From Heterodontus francisci (Eukaryota), in NCBI RefSeq assembly GCF_036365525.1, contig NW_027140453.1:930001-994000 (forward strand): a stretch of 64,000 nucleotides of DNA, written 5' to 3'. The position numbers were made by a program, and so were the translations under genes. Below, piece by piece: positions 50,043 through 61,394 of this stretch. A model generated the notes under the pieces. That model did not search any database. It was not told the DNA's origin and saw only the letters and a list, made by a program, of their open reading frames with translations. Position 1 is the stretch's first letter. Each line of letters begins with the position of its first letter.

Positions 50043-50081
50043 CACAGTGACTCAGAGAGATGGAGCAATTCAACAAAAACC
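50043..50081 (+). other. 23-RSS (consensus)
   Basis: CACAGTG-23nt-ACAAAAACC. Confidence 0.96.
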
Positions 50082-50596
50082 CGAAAGGCAGCAGGAAACA
50101 CCTGTGGAGGGTAAAACCGTTCGGTGCCTCGACCTGCTGTTCCCTTTTGCAGAGTGAAAGTGTTTATTACAATAAAAAGAGCTGAGTTAATATTGTAGTG
50201 AGATTTTAGATTTACAGGTACTGGCGAGGGTGCAATGAACGATGAATAAGGATGTCACGAGATCTCAGAATGTAACTATCTGGAATCAATGACAATAATC
50301 TGGATTTTTTATGCACTGACCCTGTGTTTACCTTCTGCACAGGGACAGCAGAGGGGGTTCCAGGACCATGGAATGGACAATGGCTTTGAAAAGGATTTAG
50401 TGAGAAAACGGAAAGAGCGGGAGGTCTGCAGATCCAGCTTGATATACATGAACAGGACAAGGACACCCACTTTGTTAGAGAAGGGAAGATAGTGTATGTG
50501 TGTGACAGAGAGAGATCTAGTGAGAGAAAGCAAAAACGACAGACAGAGTTAAAGAGACTGAGACAGAGAGGGAGACAGAGATAGAGACAATAAGGG

Positions 50597-51035
50597 GATA
50601 TTACAGGGATTGATCTGGAGAATGAAGGATTATTGTAGGGATTGATCTGGAGAATGAAGGATTATTATAGGGATTGATCTGGAGAATGAGGGATTATTAT
50701 AGGGATTGATCTGGAGAATGAAGGATTATTATAGGGATTGATCTGGAGAATGAGGGATTATTATTGGGATTGATCTGGAGAATGAAGGATTATTATATGG
50801 ATTGATCTGGAGAATGAGGGATTATTATTGGGATTGATCTGGAGAATTAAGGATTATTATAGGGATTGCTCTGGAGAATGAGGGATTATTATCGGGATTG
50901 ATCTGGAGAATGAAGGATTATTATAGGGATTGATCTGGAGAATGAGGGATTATTATCGGGATTGATCTGGAGAATTAAGGATTATTATAGGGATTGATCT
51001 AGAGAATGAAGGATTATTATAGGGATTGATCTGGG
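50597..51035. repeat. 32-bp minisatellite, ~14 copies
   Basis: gattattatagggattgatctggagaatga(a/g)g; period 32 (tgatctgg at 50611 and 50643). Confidence 0.95.
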
Positions 51036-51039
51036 AGAT

Positions 51040-52400
51040 TGAGTGGGGTCAGTGAGTGGAGTCAGTGAGTGGAATCTATGAGTGGGGTCAGTGAGTGGTG
51101 TCACTCAGTTGAGTCAGTGAGTGAGGTCAGTGAGTGGGGTCAGTGAGTGGGGTCAGTGAGTGCGGTCAGTGACCGGGGTCAGTGAGCGGAGGCAGTGAGT
51201 GGAGTCTGTGAGTGGAGTCAGTGAGTGGGGTTAGTGAGCGGGGTTAGTGAGCGGGGTTAGTGGGGAGTCAGTGAGTGGGATCAGTAAGCGGGGTCAGTGA
51301 GTGGGGTTAGTGAGCAGGGTCAGTGGGGAGTCAGTGAGTGGGATCAGTAAGTGGAGTCAGTGAGTGGAGTCACTGAGTTGTGTCACTCACTGAAGTCAGT
51401 GAGTGAGGTCAGTGAGTGGGGTTAATGAGCAGGGACAGTGAGTGGAGGATGTTAGTGGAGTCCGTGAGTGGAGTCAGTGAGCAGAGGCAGTGAGTGGAGT
51501 CTAAGAGTGGGGTCAGTGAGTGGGGTCAGTGAGCGGGGACAGTGAGCGGGGACAGTCAATGGAGTCAGTGAGCGGGGTTAGTGAGTGGGGTTAGTGGGCG
51601 GGGTCAATGGGGAGTCAGTGAGTGGGATCAGTAAGTGGGGTCAGTGAGCGGGGTTAGTGAGCGGGGTCAGTGCGTGGGGTCAGTGAGTGGAGTCAGTGAG
51701 TGGAGTCACTGAGTGGTGTCACTCAGTGGAGTCAGTGAGTGAGGTCAGTGAGTGGAGTCAGTGGGCGGGGACAGTGAGTGGAGTCAGTGAGCGGGGTTAG
51801 TGAGCGGGGTTAGTGAGCGTAGTCAGTGAGTGGGGTCAGTGACAGGGGTTAGTGAGTGGGGTCAGTGCGTGTGGTCAGTGACTGGAGTCAGTGAGTGGAG
51901 TCACTCAGTGGAGTCAGTGAGTGAGGTCAGTAAGTGGGGTCAGTGAGTGTGGACAGTGAGTGGACTCAGTGAGTGGGGTCAGTGAGAGGAGTCAGTGAGT
52001 GGTGTCGGTGAGTGGAGTCAGTGAGCGGGGTCAGTCAGTGGGGTCAGTGAGTGGGGACAGTGAGTGGAGACAGTGAGTGGGGTCAGTCAGTGGTGTCAGT
52101 GACTGGGGTCAAAGAGAGGAGTCAGTGAGTGGTGTCAGTGGGTGGGGTCAGTGAGATGAGTCAGTGAGTGGGGTCACTGAGTGGGGTCACTGAGTGGGGT
52201 CACTGAGTGGGGTCCGTGAGTGGGGACAGTAAGTGGAGTCAGTGAGAGAGGACAGTGAGTGGAGTCAGTGAGTGGTGTCAGTGAGTGGGGTCAGTGTGTG
52301 GGGTCACTGAGTGGGGTCAGTGAGTGGAGTCAGTAAGTGGTGTCAGTGAGTGGGGTCAGTGAGTGGGGTCAGTGAGTGGGGTCAGTGAGGTGGGTCAATG
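51040..52400. repeat. 13-bp G-rich minisatellite (GGGGTCAGTGAGT / GGAGTCAGTGAGT), ~100 copies
   Basis: Direct reading. Confidence 0.95.
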
Positions 52401-53506
52401 ATTGGGGTCTATATCGATCGATCTATCTATCTATCTATCTCTCAATCTATCTATCTCTCAATNNNNNNNNNNNNNNNNNNNNNNNNNNNNNNNNNNNNNN
52501 NNNNNNNNNNNNNNNNNNNNNNNNNNNNNNNNNNNNNNNNNNNNNNNNNNNNNNNNNNNNNNNNNNNNNNNNNNNNNNNNNNNNNNNNNNNNNNNNNNNN
52601 NNNNNNNNNNNNNNNNNNNNNNNNNNNNNNNNNNNNNNNNNNNNTTCTATTGTTCCATTTGTCTATCCATCCATTGCTCTATCGATCCCTCCAGCTATCG
52701 ATACATATCTCTATTTATCTCTATTTATCTATTTATCTATTTACTCTGTCATCTATATATATTTGTCATCGATCGATTTATCTGGCTCTTGTCTGTCTAA
52801 GTGTATATCCATCCCTCTGTTGTTTATCATATATCTAACGTCATTGTTTACATCTCGCAGTTCCATCAGTGATATATCATGGTTTGCTATTTTGTTGATA
52901 TTGTTGTATCTTCTTGTTCTCCTTCGATTCAGATTATATCAATACAATATTAATGATTAAAATGCTCCATCCACGTGATAAGGCTCTTTTCGTGAGGTAG
53001 CCTCTACATTTTAAGAACAGATTACAAGGCAGGGTAAATGGGTTCATGATACAGTTGAAAGAATGGACGGAGGATTCTGACAAGGAGTTGCACAGAGCTC
53101 CCTATTCTACATGCCCCTGATGATTCATACAATGCAAATACGAGACAACTCCCCAGATAGGTCTCTCACTGGAACAGATTCCTAATTTGGCGGTTTTGAG
53201 CAACTGTTGACAATTATTAACCAACTTGTCTTTCAGACACTCGGTGTCTTTTGAAGAACTTTCAAAGCATCTGGGAGTTAGGCCCAGGCAAGAATTTAAC
53301 CCTTCAATTCTCGTTTAGGAGACAGGGAAAATAAATCTTTCTCAGCCTAAAACAAATAAGCCCCTTGATGCATCTTAGATAGTTATAGAATCATACAGCA
53401 CTGACCAAGGTCATTCGATCAATCGAGCCTGGTCTGGCTGTTCGAAACAGTTACCCAAAATAAACAACATCATCCCTTGGCCATGGGCTGCAAGAAGTAC
53501 AGAATC

Positions 53507-54207
53507 TGTTACAAACTGCTGGATAGCACATGAACTAAAGTAACCTGAGCTCAGACACTGGCCTGTGCTGGTAAAAACCAGTTTGAACTAATTAATTTAT
53601 GTGACAGACAAGGGAGAAATCACAGGAATAGAGCCTTATTTGGAAACGGTGTGATACCGGGGTCTTTGGGCCTGGGCCAATAAGGAGAAGATACGAACGA
53701 GGTGAGCAGGCCTAAACCAACAGGAAAGAGACAGCACAGTTTTGAAGAGATAAGAAAGAGAATAAGTATGGAGAATCTCAGGCATAGAACCAGCGAGAAA
53801 CTCCAGAGACCAACCATTGTGGAAGTGGAAGACCCTGCGTGAGCAACGCGGTGATGACGTAAAAGAGAGAGAGATCAGAACGTCTGGCCAGCATCAGCTC
53901 TTCCCTTTCCGGGAATTATCGTTTGTTTTCTGTGACGAGGTCAGGGAAAGGTCAGAGGAACCTGGTGGGTGTGCTTATCAATTCTAGCTAGCTTTGTTAT
54001 TAACTGTATAACCCAGTTGAGTTGCATGCTTTTGTCTAACCAAGTGTATAAGCCTTATTCTTCCATTGTACAACAACGTGAATAAAGTAACTTGATAGTT
54101 AAAGAAAGGACTGAGTTTCCTCCTCTTTGTACTAAGCCATTAACCGTAACTGGTGGATTAGGTGGAGGGTGGCTCTCCTGTAACCCCAATATCCCAAACA
54201 CGTGACA
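53507..54207 (+). mobile_element. Possible solo LTR
   Basis: TGTTAC...GTGACA ends, CCAAT, TGACGT, TTCCGGGAA and AATAAA (54081); no clean target-site duplication. Confidence 0.3.
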
Positions 54208-54429
54208 GCCAGAATCAAGTGGGTGAAGGGAATAAAGGGGCCAAGGGGGAGTTGACTCCGCACCACGGTTTAAAATCCTGTTCCCATCTCTCTGCATCTC
54301 AGCCCATCAGCACCTCCTTCTATTCCTTACTCCCTCATGTCCTGATCTAATCTCCCCCTTAAATGCATCTCCACTATTGGCCTTAACTTACTCGCTGTGG
54401 TCGTGAAATTGAGCCCCCTGGTTCTAGAC

Positions 54430-56180
54430 TTCTCAACCACAGAATCACAGAATTGTTACAGTGCAGAAGGAGGTCATTCGGCCCATCGTGCCCGCACTGT
54501 CTCTCTGGAAGAGAAATTCCCTCAGTCCCACTCCCCTGCCTTCTCCCCATAACCCTGCACATCCTTCCTTTCAATATAACTGTCTAATTCGCTCTTGAAT
54601 GCTTCAATTGAACCTGCCTCCACCACGTTCTCAGGCAGTGCATTCTGGACCTTCACCACTCGCTGTGTGAAAAAGTTCTCCCTCATGTCACTTTTGCTTC
54701 CCTTACCAAATACTTTAAATCTGTGCCCTCTCGATCCTTTCACGAGTGGGAAAAGTTTCTCTCCATCTACTCTGTCCAGATCCCTCATGATTTTGAAAAC
54801 CTCCATCAAATCACCTCTCAGCCTTCTCTTCTCCAAGTAAAACTGTCCCAACCCGTCCTTCCACTCTTAATGACTGAAACAAATATACACCTAGGCCCCT
54901 GTGCTCCTGCACCCCCTTTCGAGTTGTGCCCTTTATTCTCTATTGTTCATCCGACCAAAATGAATCACTTCACATTTCTCTGCATTGAACCTCATCTGCC
55001 ACCTGTCTGCCCATTCCACCAACATGTCTATGTCCTTTTCAAATTCGACATTATCCTCCTCATCATTCACAATGCTTCCAAGTTTCGTATCATCGGCAAA
55101 CTTTGAAATTGTGCCCTGTACACCGAGGTCTAGGTCATTAATATATATCAGGAAAAGCAAAGGTCCTAATACTGATCCCTGGGGAACTCCACTGCAAACC
55201 TTCCTCCAGCCCGAAAAACCATCCATTAACCATTGCTCTTTGTTTTCTGTCACTAAACCAATTTCGTCGCCATGTTGCTACCGTCCCTTTTATTCCACGA
55301 GTTACAAGTTTTCTCACATGTTTGCTGTGTGGCATTGTATCAAACGCCTTTTGAAAGTCCATGTATACCACATCCACAGCATTGCCCTCATCAACCCTCT
55401 CTGTTGCCTTCTCAAAAAAATTCTAGCAGGTTAGTTAAACATGATTTTCCCTTATGGAATCCATGCTGTCTTTCATTAATTAACTCGTCCATGTGACTAT
55501 TGATTTTGTCCCGAATTATTTTTTATAGAAGTTTCCCCACCACCAAAGTTAAACTGACTGGCCTGTAGTTGCTGGGCTTATCTTTACCCCCTTTTTGAAC
55601 AAGGGTGTAACGTTTGAAATTCTCCAGTTATCTGGCACCAGCCCTGAGTCTAAGGAAGACTGAAAAATTATGGCCAACGCGATTTCCACCCTCACTTCCC
55701 TCAGTATCCTTGAATACATCTCATCTGGTGCTGGTGCTTTATCTACTTTATGTTCAGACAGCCGATCGAACACTTTCACTTTACCCATTTTACACACTCT
55801 AGTGTCTGACTTACCTTCTCTTTCAACCAGAGGAAACTTCTTGCCTGCATCTACCCTGTCTATCCCTTTAAGGACTTTGTAGGTTTCAATGAGATCACCT
55901 TTCATTCTTTGAAACTCCAGAGCATTCAGGCCCAGTTTCCCCAATCTCTCTTCATAGGACAGTCCCGCCATCCCTGGAACAAGTCGGGTGAAACTTCTTA
56001 GCACTCGTTCCATGGGAATAATATCCTTCCGAAGGTCAAGGGACTAAAACTGCACACAGTACTCGAGGTGTGGTCTAACCAAGGTTCTCCACGATTGAAG
56101 CAAGACTTCATTACTCCTGTACTCAAATCCCCTTGCGATAAAGGCTAACATAACATTAACTTTCCCAATTGCTTGCTGAT
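54430..56180 (-). mobile_element. Degenerate CR1 LINE fragments
   Basis: GVPQGSVLGP..FADDTK, MDFQKAFD and RRLRGDLMEV peptides. Confidence 0.88.
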
Positions 56181-57035
56181 GCTATATGTGAAGTCTCTAC
56201 CTTCCGAAGCTCCTGCCAGGGGATATCATTTCTCCCTAACTGCTCTATCGAACGGCTGTACCTCCAGGGTTAAAGCGTCCCATTTGCTTGCTCTGATCCA
56301 GGAAAACTGTCCCAGCTTCTCCAGTCTCTCCACATAACAACCGTCTCTCAACCATGGCACCATTCTGGTAAATGTCTCTTCAACAGCCCTGGTCTAAGGA
56401 TAACGATGGCATAGTTGCAATGTCACTGCGATAATAAGCCAGAGGCCTAGGCTGATGCCCAGGTTACATGGGTTCAGGCACAGGCACACCCAGTGCAATT
56501 TAAACTTGCCAAGGACCCAGTAATGTGCATAGCCCTGCTGTAGAATAGGCAAGGAGCCCAGTGCCACACAGGTGGCATTGCACCTATTTGCCTCAGGCCA
56601 CTGTTGCTTACAACGTTTGCCAGGAGACACACGGCATCGACATCTGGCTATTCGGAGATGAAGGTGTGGATAAACTGGAATCCAGATGTCTATAAATTGG
56701 AAATCTACACGTGGCTAATGTGGGAATGCCGATGAGGTTCGTTGGGGATCTGGATATGTTCAATTGGAGATTTCTCATCAGTAAATTAGAAACTGAACAA
56801 CATACATCCTTGTTGGGGATATTAACAACACTTAATCCAGTCACTCAACCATAACAAGGAACCACGTCCATTCTGATTGGTTGGGTGTTGGAAGGGGGCG
56901 TGTCCAACACTGCATCACTTCCTCATGCTCTTCATATTTTCCTCAATGATTTGTAAAGAGCAGGTTTGGACCCTCACAAGGCTTACACTCCGGTTCTCGC
57001 TGCTTTGCTTATTTCTAAACAGCTTCAAGGGGAAG

Positions 57036-57489
57036 ATGTATCAGTCATTGGCTCTGATAATCCTTTTGCACTGTGAGTGAGTCTGAAATACCAACGTTTT
57101 CTCTAATAACCTTCCTATACTCATTCCCTCTTCCTTTCATTTCCTAGAAATCCCCTGTTTACTGACCTCTTCCTCTTCCCCACTCTCTCCCAGGTGTGAA
57201 CTCGCAGACTATCCTCCAGACTCCTGCCTCTGTCTCCAGAGTTGTGGGGGAGGAAGTGGAACTGAAGTGCACTTTGGAGGGGAGCAGTACCCTTAACATG
57301 TTCTGGTACAGACAATACCCGAGGAAGGAGCCTCAGGTTATGTTTTACTCCACGGGTACTAATCACAAAAATCCAGAGAAGGAGGTGGATGGTTTCACTG
57401 CCGAGAGACCGACTGGCACCCAGTTCAACCTGGAGTCCTCCAGCCTGCGGGAGAATCACTCGGCCGTGTATTTCTGTGCCTGGAGTCTT
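57036..57489 (+). CDS. TRBV: TCR (beta) V segment, functional, TRBV30-like; leader 57036-57072, V exon 57194-57489
   Basis: MYQSLALIILLHCVNSQTILQTP..LKCTLEGSSTLNMFWYRQ..AVYFCAWSL; branch point TACTGAC at ~57160. Confidence 0.94.
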
Positions 57490-57528
57490 CACAGTGACTC
57501 AGAGAGATGGAGCAGTTCAACAAAAACC
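57490..57528 (+). other. 23-RSS (consensus)
   Basis: CACAGTG-23nt-ACAAAAACC. Confidence 0.96.
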
Positions 57529-57839
57529 CCAAAGGCAGCAGGAAACACCTGTTGGACATACAATAGCGCGGTATTTCCACTTGAATTGATGCAGGGCTAT
57601 CATATTTTTGACAATAAGAATAGACGGGTGAGAATAAAATTGAGAGCACAGGTGCAGAGGCGAAGAGTCTGGCCTCTTTCTGTGCTGATAAGCTTTCTAT
57701 CTTTCTATGAAAGATTAAGAAGGGTGGCACCACACTGAGAGGTTTTCACTATCAGGAGAGAATATCAGAAAAACGATTGGGGTTTTATCCACTAACACGG
57801 TGTCTTCTTTCACTCAGATGATCAAACACACAACTCTCT

Positions 57840-58650
57840 TTGTTAGGAACAAAGGAAGAGGAGTAGGCCATTCAGCCCCTTTGTCCCGTTACATAGAAAC
57901 AGGAGGAGATCATTCTGCAAATCTCGTAAATATGCTCTGCACCCTAATAAGGAGCCTCACATTCTCCCTTAAGTGTGGTGGCCAGAACTGGACGCAATAC
58001 TCCAGCTGGAGCCTAACCAGAGCTTTATAAAGGTTCACTGCTTTTGGACTCAATACCTCCATTTATGAAGATCAGGATCCCATCTGCTTTACTAACCACT
58101 CTCTCAACATGCCCTGCCACCTTCAAAGATCGATGCACATGCAGCCTCAGGTCCACTGTTCCTTGCAAACTCTTTCGAAATCTGCCTTTTAGTCTATATT
58201 GCCTTTGTCTATCCCTTCAGCCAAAATGCATCACAGCGAATTTCTCCAAGAAGAGGGCCCTATAGGACCAGTAACACACAACTGCCTGGAAAACTGTTTA
58301 TGAAGAATTCAGGAGGAGGTCTCTCAGTCTTTTGGAGCCTCTTACAAAGGAACATGAGGAGGCCAATTACTCCCCTGCCTCATTGCGCACAAACAGGAGG
58401 AGGTTATTGATCAATGTAGAGCTTGTTAGTAGGAATTGGAGAAGGGTACTTAGTCCCCCTTGAGCCGATTAATATGAACAGGAGTAAGCCATTCAGCCCC
58501 TTTGAGCCTGTTGCACAGGAGCAAGAGGAGGCCAATTCAGTTCCCCCCTCAGTCTGCACAGGTACAGGAGGAGGCCCATTCAGCCCCTCGAATCTGTTAA
58601 ATAGGAAATGGGTGAGGCCATTCAGCCCCATCGAGCCTGTTACATCTGAA
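57840..58650 (-). mobile_element. CR1 fragments plus degenerate tandem copies of the CR1 3' tail
   Basis: Repeated aacaggaggaggccattcagcccc..gagcctgtt. Confidence 0.7.
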
Positions 58651-58884
58651 GAGCCATCCACATGTGACAGTTTCGCTCAGGCTCTTGTATCCAATTGGGA
58701 AATCCAGATGTGGAGATCCGCGTTTCTGATTGGCAAATACAAAAAGAGCAATTGCGAATTTAAACCATGCTAATTCCGATTGGTTGAATGAGAGAAGGGG
58801 GCGTGACCAAACGCCCCTCACCACCTTGCTTTCCTCAATGGTTTGTCAAGATGACTTGATGAATAGGGAAAGGTCCAGTGAAAG

Positions 58885-59110
58885 ATGTATCTGTTACTGG
58901 GTCTGATGACCATCTCCCACCATAAGGAACTTTATGAAACATAATGCTGCTTAATAATTTTCTTTACTTTATAATTTCCTTCTCTCCTTGACGCTTTCAT
59001 TCCTCCCTTCCATCCTTCTTCCTCGATAATCCAGAGTGTCCTGGCGTCATTTTCGACCCATCTCTTTCCCAGATGTGAACTCACAGATTGTCCTCCAGAG
59101 TCCCACCACT
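58885..59110 (+). pseudogene. TCR V relic: leader with dead donor (GT>AT at 58922), first ~38 nt of V exon (from 59073), remainder and RSS deleted
   Basis: MYLLLGLMTISH leader; ag|atgtgaactcacagattgtcctccagagtccc then acctgtgggagataaa, which resembles post-RSS sequence of paralogs. Confidence 0.85.
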
Positions 59111-59464
59111 ACCTGTGGGAGATAAAGTTGCGCTGTACAGAGACTTGATTTTTGTGCAGGGCGATGGTGTTTGTGACAATAAGAAGGGACCCGTGTGAAT
59201 AAAAGTGAGAGAATAAATATAGAGGCACTGGTAAAGATGTCACTAATAGCCTGCTTATGTTCCCTAAAACCTTCTGTCTGTCTATGAATGATTAACGGGG
59301 ATGTGACCCAAATTGAGAAGATGTAAATATCAGGAAGGAATGATCACTAAAAATATTTAGGTTTCATCTCCTGACACTATCTTCATTCTCCACAGGGACA
59401 GCAGAGAGCGCTCTAGGACCGTCAAACAGACAACAGCCTGCCCCCTGCTTATTCAGGACACAAC

Positions 59465-60130
59465 CTAGGAACATAGGGAATAGGAGAAGGAGTAGGCCAT
59501 TCGGCACATCGAACCGACTCATGGCTGATCACCTACCTCTGAGTCATTTCCCCCCCACTATCCCCATCTCCCTTGATGTCATTAGTATCTAGAAATCTAT
59601 CGCTTTCTGTCTCGAACATGCTCAATGCAGTCAGCTTACAAAGACATCTTTGGTAGAGAATTCCAAAGATTCACAACTCTCTTAGTTAAAGAAATTCCTC
59701 CTCATCTCAGTCTTCAATGGCCTGCACCTTATTCGGAGACAGTGTATCCTGATTCCAGACTGAACACGCTATCGACATTTGTCGAGTCATGTCTTGTCAG
59801 AATTTTGTAAGTTTCAATGCGATCACCTCTTATTCTTTGGAACTCCAGAGAATACAGACCCAGTTTCTGTAATCGCTCTTCCTCAGACAAACCCACCCAG
59901 CCAGGGATTATTTTGGTGAATCTCTGCTGCATTCTCTCTTTGGCAAGTATATCCTTCCTTCGATAAGGAGAACAAAACTGTAAACAATACTAGAGGTGCT
60001 GTCGCATCAAGGTTCTATACAATTGCAACAAGACATTTTTACCCCTGTACTGAAATCCCATTGCAATGAAGGCCAGCATACCATTCGCCTTCGGAATTGC
60101 TTGCTGCACCTGCATATTAGCTGTTAGTGT
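59465..60130 (-). mobile_element. CR1 3' fragment
   Basis: QQRFTKIIPG..LGLYSLEFQRIRGD peptide. Confidence 0.8.
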
Positions 60131-60409
60131 TGTGAGTTCATAATGTTGTGTGTGATGCAAGATAAATGAGAAGCGTGGAGTCCAGTTGGTTGAAGATCAC
60201 AAACAAGTCTATTTACAGCTGAACTATCATACACAGTACTGAACTAACTATTTACAGGACCTGCCTGTAGGTGTTCCAGTTACAGAGTGACACTGGCTAC
60301 GAGTCACGTGACTACGTGCCGGAATTTAGCTCATTAGCATCCTAAGATCTTAAAGGGACATGAGAGAGAGATGGAGAGACGGACAGAGAAAGACAGAGGG
60401 AGAGAGAAA

Positions 60410-60590
60410 GATTAACACCAACGAATACAATAACAACTTGAGGAAAAAACACCAACAAATGCAGCAGCAACTTCAGCAGGCGACTAGCACCAAAAAATGC
60501 AACAACTTCAGCTGGAGACTACCAACAACAAATGCAGCAACAACTTCAGCAGGAGACTAAGAGCAACAAACGCAACAACAACTTATACTT
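60410..60590 (+). repeat. CAA-rich minisatellite upstream of V promoter
   Basis: Same family as the 22.2k and 24.7k arrays. Confidence 0.75.
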
Positions 60591-60746
60591 GCAGCCAAAC
60601 AGAGAGACAGGGGTGTGGCTTCCAATCAGGGAGGAAGGAGTTGTGAAAACCAAATCACTTACTTCAGTCTTCATGTAGCTCCTCACAGGACTCAAAGCTC
60701 TTGTTTCCACTGATTTACAGATTACAAACACAGCTTCCAGTAGAAG

Positions 60747-60783
60747 ATGTATCTGTTACTGAATCTGATAGTATTATTTCAAT
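60747..60783 (+). pseudogene. TCR V leader exon with no V exon in the window (orphan, or very long intron)
   Basis: MYLLLNLIVLFQ t|gtaagg; leader and ~150-bp promoter homologous to those of the inverted V at 24496. Confidence 0.8.
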
Positions 60784-60859
60784 GTAAGGGATCTTTTTCC
60801 CAAGTAACTTTTTGTGTTGACATTCAACATTTATCTTTTCGCAGTACCCGTTTCCCGCA

Positions 60860-61240
60860 ATTAGGGGGAGCAGTTGCTGGAGGTGCAGCTCTCATTGCCA
60901 ACCAACAGGGGGGAGCAGTAGATGGAGGTGCAGCTCTCATTGCCCACCAACAGGGGGCAGCAGTAGATGGAGGTTCAGCTCGCATTGCCCACCAAAAGGG
61001 GGTAGCAGTCGCTGGAGGTGCAGCTCTCTTTGTCTACCAACAGAGGGCAGCAGTAGACGGAGGCGCAGCTCTCTGCCCACCAAAAAGGGGGCAGCGGTCG
61101 ATGGAGGTGCAGCTCTCAGTGCCCACCAACAGGGAGCAGCAGTAGATGGAGGTGCAGCTATCATTGCCCACCCACAGGGAGCAGCAGTAGATGGAGGTGC
61201 AGCTGTCATTGCCCACCAACAGGCGGCAGCAGTAGATGGG
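60860..61240 (+). promoter_or_regulatory. ~8-9 tandem 45-bp repeats with CTCF-like core and U motif
   Basis: Unit ggaggTGCAGctctcattgcccaCCAACAGGGGGCAGcagtagat. Confidence 0.6.
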
Positions 61241-61394
61241 ATTTCAGCAACAAGAACATGAAATGTTAGAAATCCTCAGTGCATCAGGCAGGATCTGCAG
61301 AGAGTAAAACAGAGCTATCGCTTCACATCAGAACCGGCAAACATGAGAAGCGTTTTGAGCAACTTAAATGGATGTTTGAGCGTGAAGAAATGCA

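Noticed and set aside
49758-50081. Leaderless V as a NAR-TCR-style supporting V domain
   Set aside because: The exon is frameshifted right after the acceptor and there is no upstream J; it is an ordinary pseudogene
50597-51035. CRISPR-like regular repeats (also 17481-17640 and 41420-41630)
   Set aside because: No unique spacers, no cas genes, vertebrate DNA; these are tandem minisatellites
51040-52400. Ig switch-region-like repeat (GGGGT pentamers)
   Set aside because: Lacks the AGCT palindromes typical of switch regions, and there are no constant exons nearby
60145-60360. Possible LTR fragment with GTCACGTGAC palindrome
   Set aside because: Too short and no definable ends; cannot be supported without a repeat search
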